From NCBI RefSeq assembly GCF_001194135.2, contig NC_068988.1, forward strand, positions 94,910,371 through 94,948,979: a DNA stretch of 38,609 nt. The letters run 5' to 3'. Positions 34,480-38,609 of the stretch are shown one piece after another; position 1 is the first letter of the stretch; every line of letters starts with the position of its first letter. This DNA comes from Octopus bimaculoides (Eukaryota). The notes beneath the pieces are model-generated. The model was not told the origin of the DNA and ran no database searches. It saw only the letters and a list, made by a program, of their open reading frames with translations. Both the position numbers and the translations under genes were made by a program.

Positions 34480-34790
34480 TTGTATACATATGCACAAATA
34501 CATACAAATATGTATATACATACATATATATGTGTGTGCATACATGTATATACAGAAATACACAACACTCACACATATATCCATTCATGCACACATATAT
34601 ATGTGTGCATACATGTATAAATATACACAAATACACACACACACACACACACACATGTATATATATATATACATTTATATATACACATACATATATATGC
34701 ATACATGCAAAAATAAATGTACCTCTACATCCATATGCATTTATGCACACGTATATTAATGTATAACTGTATATACATACATACAGACAC
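34315..34790. repeat. Degenerate (TA)/(CA)/(TACA) simple-repeat field. Similar fields at 5170-5485, 13650-14030, 38520-38609
   Basis: Directly visible; source of the YIYI/HTHT/CVCV ORFs. Confidence 0.95.
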
Positions 34791-36462
34791 GATTATATGT
34801 TTGTTTCATACTTTAAGTAACATTTGAAGCATTTAAATATTTATCTAAATATTATTCGAGGTACCATGACATGGCAGCAATGTTGCAGATAACATTTTCG
34901 AGACCAAAGCTATTGTTCCAAAATTAAAAACAGATTAGAATTATTTCTAATACACTCATCTCTTTCATAGGATACGTACAGAAACAAAAACCTCAAGTTA
35001 CAAATATGTCACAATATATTTCCTGAAAAAAGAAACCATTTTTATTGTATGTACTTGTTCAAAATACGGACAAAGAGTGAACATATCAATTTTCCAATCA
35101 TCCGATAAATATTTGTATGAATTAGAATGTGTTTTCATAATATTCTAAAGAGCTAGAAATAATTTCTCACAACCGATGTAGAGAGATAATGTTAGCGATC
35201 AAATTGATAAGCATATGTCGGCTATCAGATAGCTTCTTGTTTATGAAACAATATCATAAAATATCATGTATGAAATAATAAATATTAATATAACAATGGG
35301 ATGTTCATGTCATTTATTTCATAGAAGAGCAAATATTACAAAATGAAATTAGAGTAGGAAATAAAACGATGAACAAATATATTTCGCAAGAATATTTCGT
35401 CAAATGACATAAATAAGAAAAAAAAAAGCTCATACTCATATTCTGTAACTGTCCCTTAGTTTACAACTTAATTTTTACTGCAATCGATCACATGGCCATT
35501 TTTTTTTTCATCAGTTATTGAGTCTCCAAAAAGCTGTCTCTTAAATAGTTCATATTCTTTTCTATTTGTTTATTTCTTTATTTTTATGTCCTCGACCAAA
35601 GTATTTCAGTGTTTCCACTTAATTAAATTTTGATTTCAGCTTCTGAAGACCAACTACATGCTCTGCTCTGAACGGCATTCCCCGCTGTCAATCGTTAGTT
35701 TTCTACGTCTGTCGTGATGTTTGGAATCAAGACAACTGGTCTCAATTGCTTTGATTGATAAGCCGTTCGCAGTCAGCTTTTCTAATCAAGACTGGACAAT
35801 CCAGTCGAAGACTAATTTGCGACGGCAGTAATTAGAAATAACAGATTGCTCCTCCTTCGCTTGCTGGTCGAACACAATTAGTTTTTCCCTTGCTGGAGAT
35901 TATCCTAGATATCCTGACGATGGTAGAGGGAAGCAGTAAACGTTCACAAAACGACAGGGAAAATATAGAAAAGACTCTCATCTCGTCGGTAATTTGTGAT
36001 TTCAAATTTTGTTACTCTTACAGTAGCAGCTGTGACAGCTTTATTAGGGCGAAGGTGAACTGTTGAGGCAGATAGAGGGCTGGGAAGATTTTCTAGCGAC
36101 GTATGTTGAAATAATTACATCATTCCGGAGTTAGTGACACAAAACACTTAGATGAAGAGGTTAATATTCAACTAAAGCTTCCCTAAAGTGTTCGAGTCAC
36201 ACATTTCTTGCTACAGTCAGACCAATATGTTGAAGAGACAAAAGAATAGGTGTGAGGGAGGAAACAGTGCAAAAGGCATAAGAAATATAAAAAGGATTTT
36301 TAAAAAACAGCTTTAAATTTTTAAATGCCGCATAATTCATTCATAAATGTTCCCAATAAAAATTCTTGTAATGTACAAGATTAATGTTTCCGGCTCACAA
36401 TTTTCAAATTCTTTTAAATAAATTAAAGATATGGTAGAAAATTAAATATAAACATGAACTGG

Positions 36463-36519
<57 letters not shown>

Positions 36520-37163
36520 AGAGCGAGAGAGAAATATATGTTTCTGTGTAGAAATATGTATATATGTATATCTTCGTATTTTACCATATAAATAGTTTCG
36601 CTTTATCATTACAAGCTCATAGGTGGCGCTGAAAACTGTGTTTGAAAGGATGTTTCACAACCCATGCAATAACGTCTGCTTACGTTTCCTATGCAATGTT
36701 TAGATAATTTTTCCCAACATGGGCGGTGCCCCAGCATTGCCGCAGTTACATTCAATTTCTAACTAGTCTCATATTATAAAATCCAGCTTATACCTCCAAC
36801 AAAAGAAATATATTTAATTCAATATTAAAGATTTCCAGAGTCTCTGAGAATGGTTCGAAATAAACGGAAACTCGAGCAAGTTGCTTCACTCTTTTTTTAT
36901 TTGTAGAGTAATACGTAAAAAAAACCTATATTTTCATTTGGTAGTGGAAATATTAATGCATTAATACAGCATCAAGTATATCGTGTACTTGTAGTAAATA
37001 TATGTATTAAAAGATACGTGAATTAAGTTTACTAAATGTTTCAAGCAAACAATTCTATTTGTATTTTCAGAAATATGAGGCAGGCGAACCGTTTAAACTA
37101 CCTCTTAAAGACACCCATTATTTTGACAATTTATTCTCTGAATGTATAATAAAACTTTTAGAG

Positions 37164-37399
37164 CAGTGATTTCCAACGTGGGGCATACGCCTCACTGGTG
37201 AGACTTGGGGAAATTGTGGCGGGTATGGGATCCAATTTGTTTTGTGTGTGTTGTTTTTTTAACATGGAACTGTAAAAATTTTTTTTTTTTTTCACGGCAA
37301 ACATACTACACTTATATTTATTTCCCAACCACAGGGTGGGTCATACATTTTTCTGGAAAATTATTGTAGAATTTGGGGGGAAATAAGTGGGAAACACTG
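37164..37399. mobile_element. hAT (Charlie-like) MITE
   Basis: Termini CAGTGATTTCCAAC ... GTGGGAAACACTG form imperfect TIRs; flanks ttttagag / tctcggag are a diverged 8-bp TSD candidate (5/8). Confidence 0.65.
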
Positions 37400-37542
37400 T
37401 CTCGGAGCATTGGTCGGAATATATTCCTTAAATAGACTATAAGGTGGTTTTATGCACCGCTTCCTAAGCTATTTCAGGGAGAGAGTCAAGCTATATTTGT
37501 TATTTTGCTAAACTACAAACATAAATAAAGGAATTCACAGCG

Positions 37543-37776
37543 CACATCAAGGCAACACAGCGGAACAGGGGCAACCTTAAAATCTCTGAGGCCATCCTCA
37601 TACACCAAAAGAAACTAATTATCAACAACAGAAGAGAGTTAAAAGACGCTAGATGGTTGCTATAGCAACACCTTTCCGCGCATGTCCACTCCACACACGC
37701 TCACACGCACATCGGCAACATTCGTCTATTTCTTGAAAATGGGTCATAACCCCGAAATATTGAATACAAGGTAAGT
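37543..37776 (+). mobile_element. Penelope-like element 3' end: GIY-YIG endonuclease C-terminus plus pLTR-like tail
   Basis: Frame HIKATQRNRGNLKISEAILIHQKKLIINNRRELKDARWLL* (37543-37665) resembles the LxIxEAxxI...PxLN end of PLE ORFs. It is followed by a hammerhead-like remnant and CAAG|GTAAGT. Confidence 0.6.
37727..37766 (+). ncRNA. Decayed minimal hammerhead remnant (HHR-4)
   Basis: UUC-UUGAAAA-U-GGG-UCAUAAC-CCC-GAAA-UAUU^GAA has two core substitutions relative to CUGAAGA, a palindromic AUAU stem III and a 3-bp stem I. Confidence 0.4.
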
Positions 37777-38609
37777 CTACATTAATTCACATATATGTTT
37801 TCTTGTGATTTACCTTGCATTTACTTCGTGTTGTTTTGGCCTTACCCACGATCCTTTATGCAATAAATAAAGAGGATAAGTAGCTACCTAAAATCGAAAC
37901 CCAGCCATTAGTTTTACTGTATATTGTATCGTATTGACTCAAATTAGTTATCAGAACTTAAATCTCTTCGGGCAATTTTTATTCTTTCATTTATCCGAAA
38001 GTTATAGAGTCAGATTATTATAGCTGGCTTCAGCAATTATCACAATTGAAACTTCAAGACAGATTGTATACCTTAAACCTATTCCAAAAGAATTTATACT
38101 TTCTTTTTTTTTATCCTCACTAACATAATTGGTAAGTATTCAATGGAGAGATAACCAGAAATTCTTTCTTTGAAGTTTTGTTCTCAAACGTTTATGAATA
38201 TTTTATAAGTTCGATTCTCAGAAAAGAAGAAAAAATAATGTATTTTTTTTTTATTCTTGTCTCTATGTTCATATTTAGAGCTTTCATGCAAGACTAAAGG
38301 TGAGGTTTATAAGAAATAATTCCAATCGATTTGTTCCTCAAGAAAGAAGCTGAAATGTTCTGTCTAAGTTGGACTCAAACATTGATAAAAAAAAGGAAAC
38401 TGAAATTATATCGTTTTTGTAGTGGCAAATATTCCGTTTAGACTACAACCAAGCCAACAATTTCATCCTCACAAAGAATGGTACGTCAGCCAGTATAAGT
38501 GTTTTCCTGTGTAATTACTGACAAATGTGTGTGAGTGTGTGTGTGTATGTATGTGTGTCTGTTTGTGTGTGTCTGCATACCATCATATATATATATATAT
38601 ATATATATA

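Noticed and set aside
35640-36260. Coding-like composition with several acceptor-like sites
   Set aside because: All frames on both strands are interrupted and no family is recognised.
36616-36631. CTCF-like AGGTGGCGCTG
   Set aside because: The 5' half of the motif mismatches; a single hit is not meaningful.

Overview
AT-rich, microsatellite-dense eukaryotic genomic DNA with eight assembly gaps. The repeat content (abundant tRNA-derived SINE families, (TA)n/(CA)n/(ATT)n tracts) resembles an octopod cephalopod genome; this is inferred from pattern recognition, not a search. No protein-coding gene can be identified. Nearly all ORF-track entries are microsatellite or N-gap artefacts, and only a few low-confidence exon-like segments remain. 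The window is best described as a transposon graveyard in an intron or intergenic region. It holds about 20 SINE pieces from at least four families, a mariner deletion derivative with 30-bp TIRs, a hAT-like MITE and two long foldback elements. It also holds R4/Dong-like RLE-LINE fragments abutting (AAT)n tracts, a YADD LINE RT fragment, a probable Helitron Rep remnant and a Penelope-like GIY-YIG 3' end. The most notable signal is a set of minimal type-I hammerhead-ribozyme motifs: three near-complete ones on the minus strand (3836-3897, 13084-13165, 24190-24235), each in a different sequence context, plus a decayed fourth at the Penelope-like 3' end (37727-37766). Together they suggest several ribozyme-carrying, retrozyme- or Penelope-pLTR-like repeat families.
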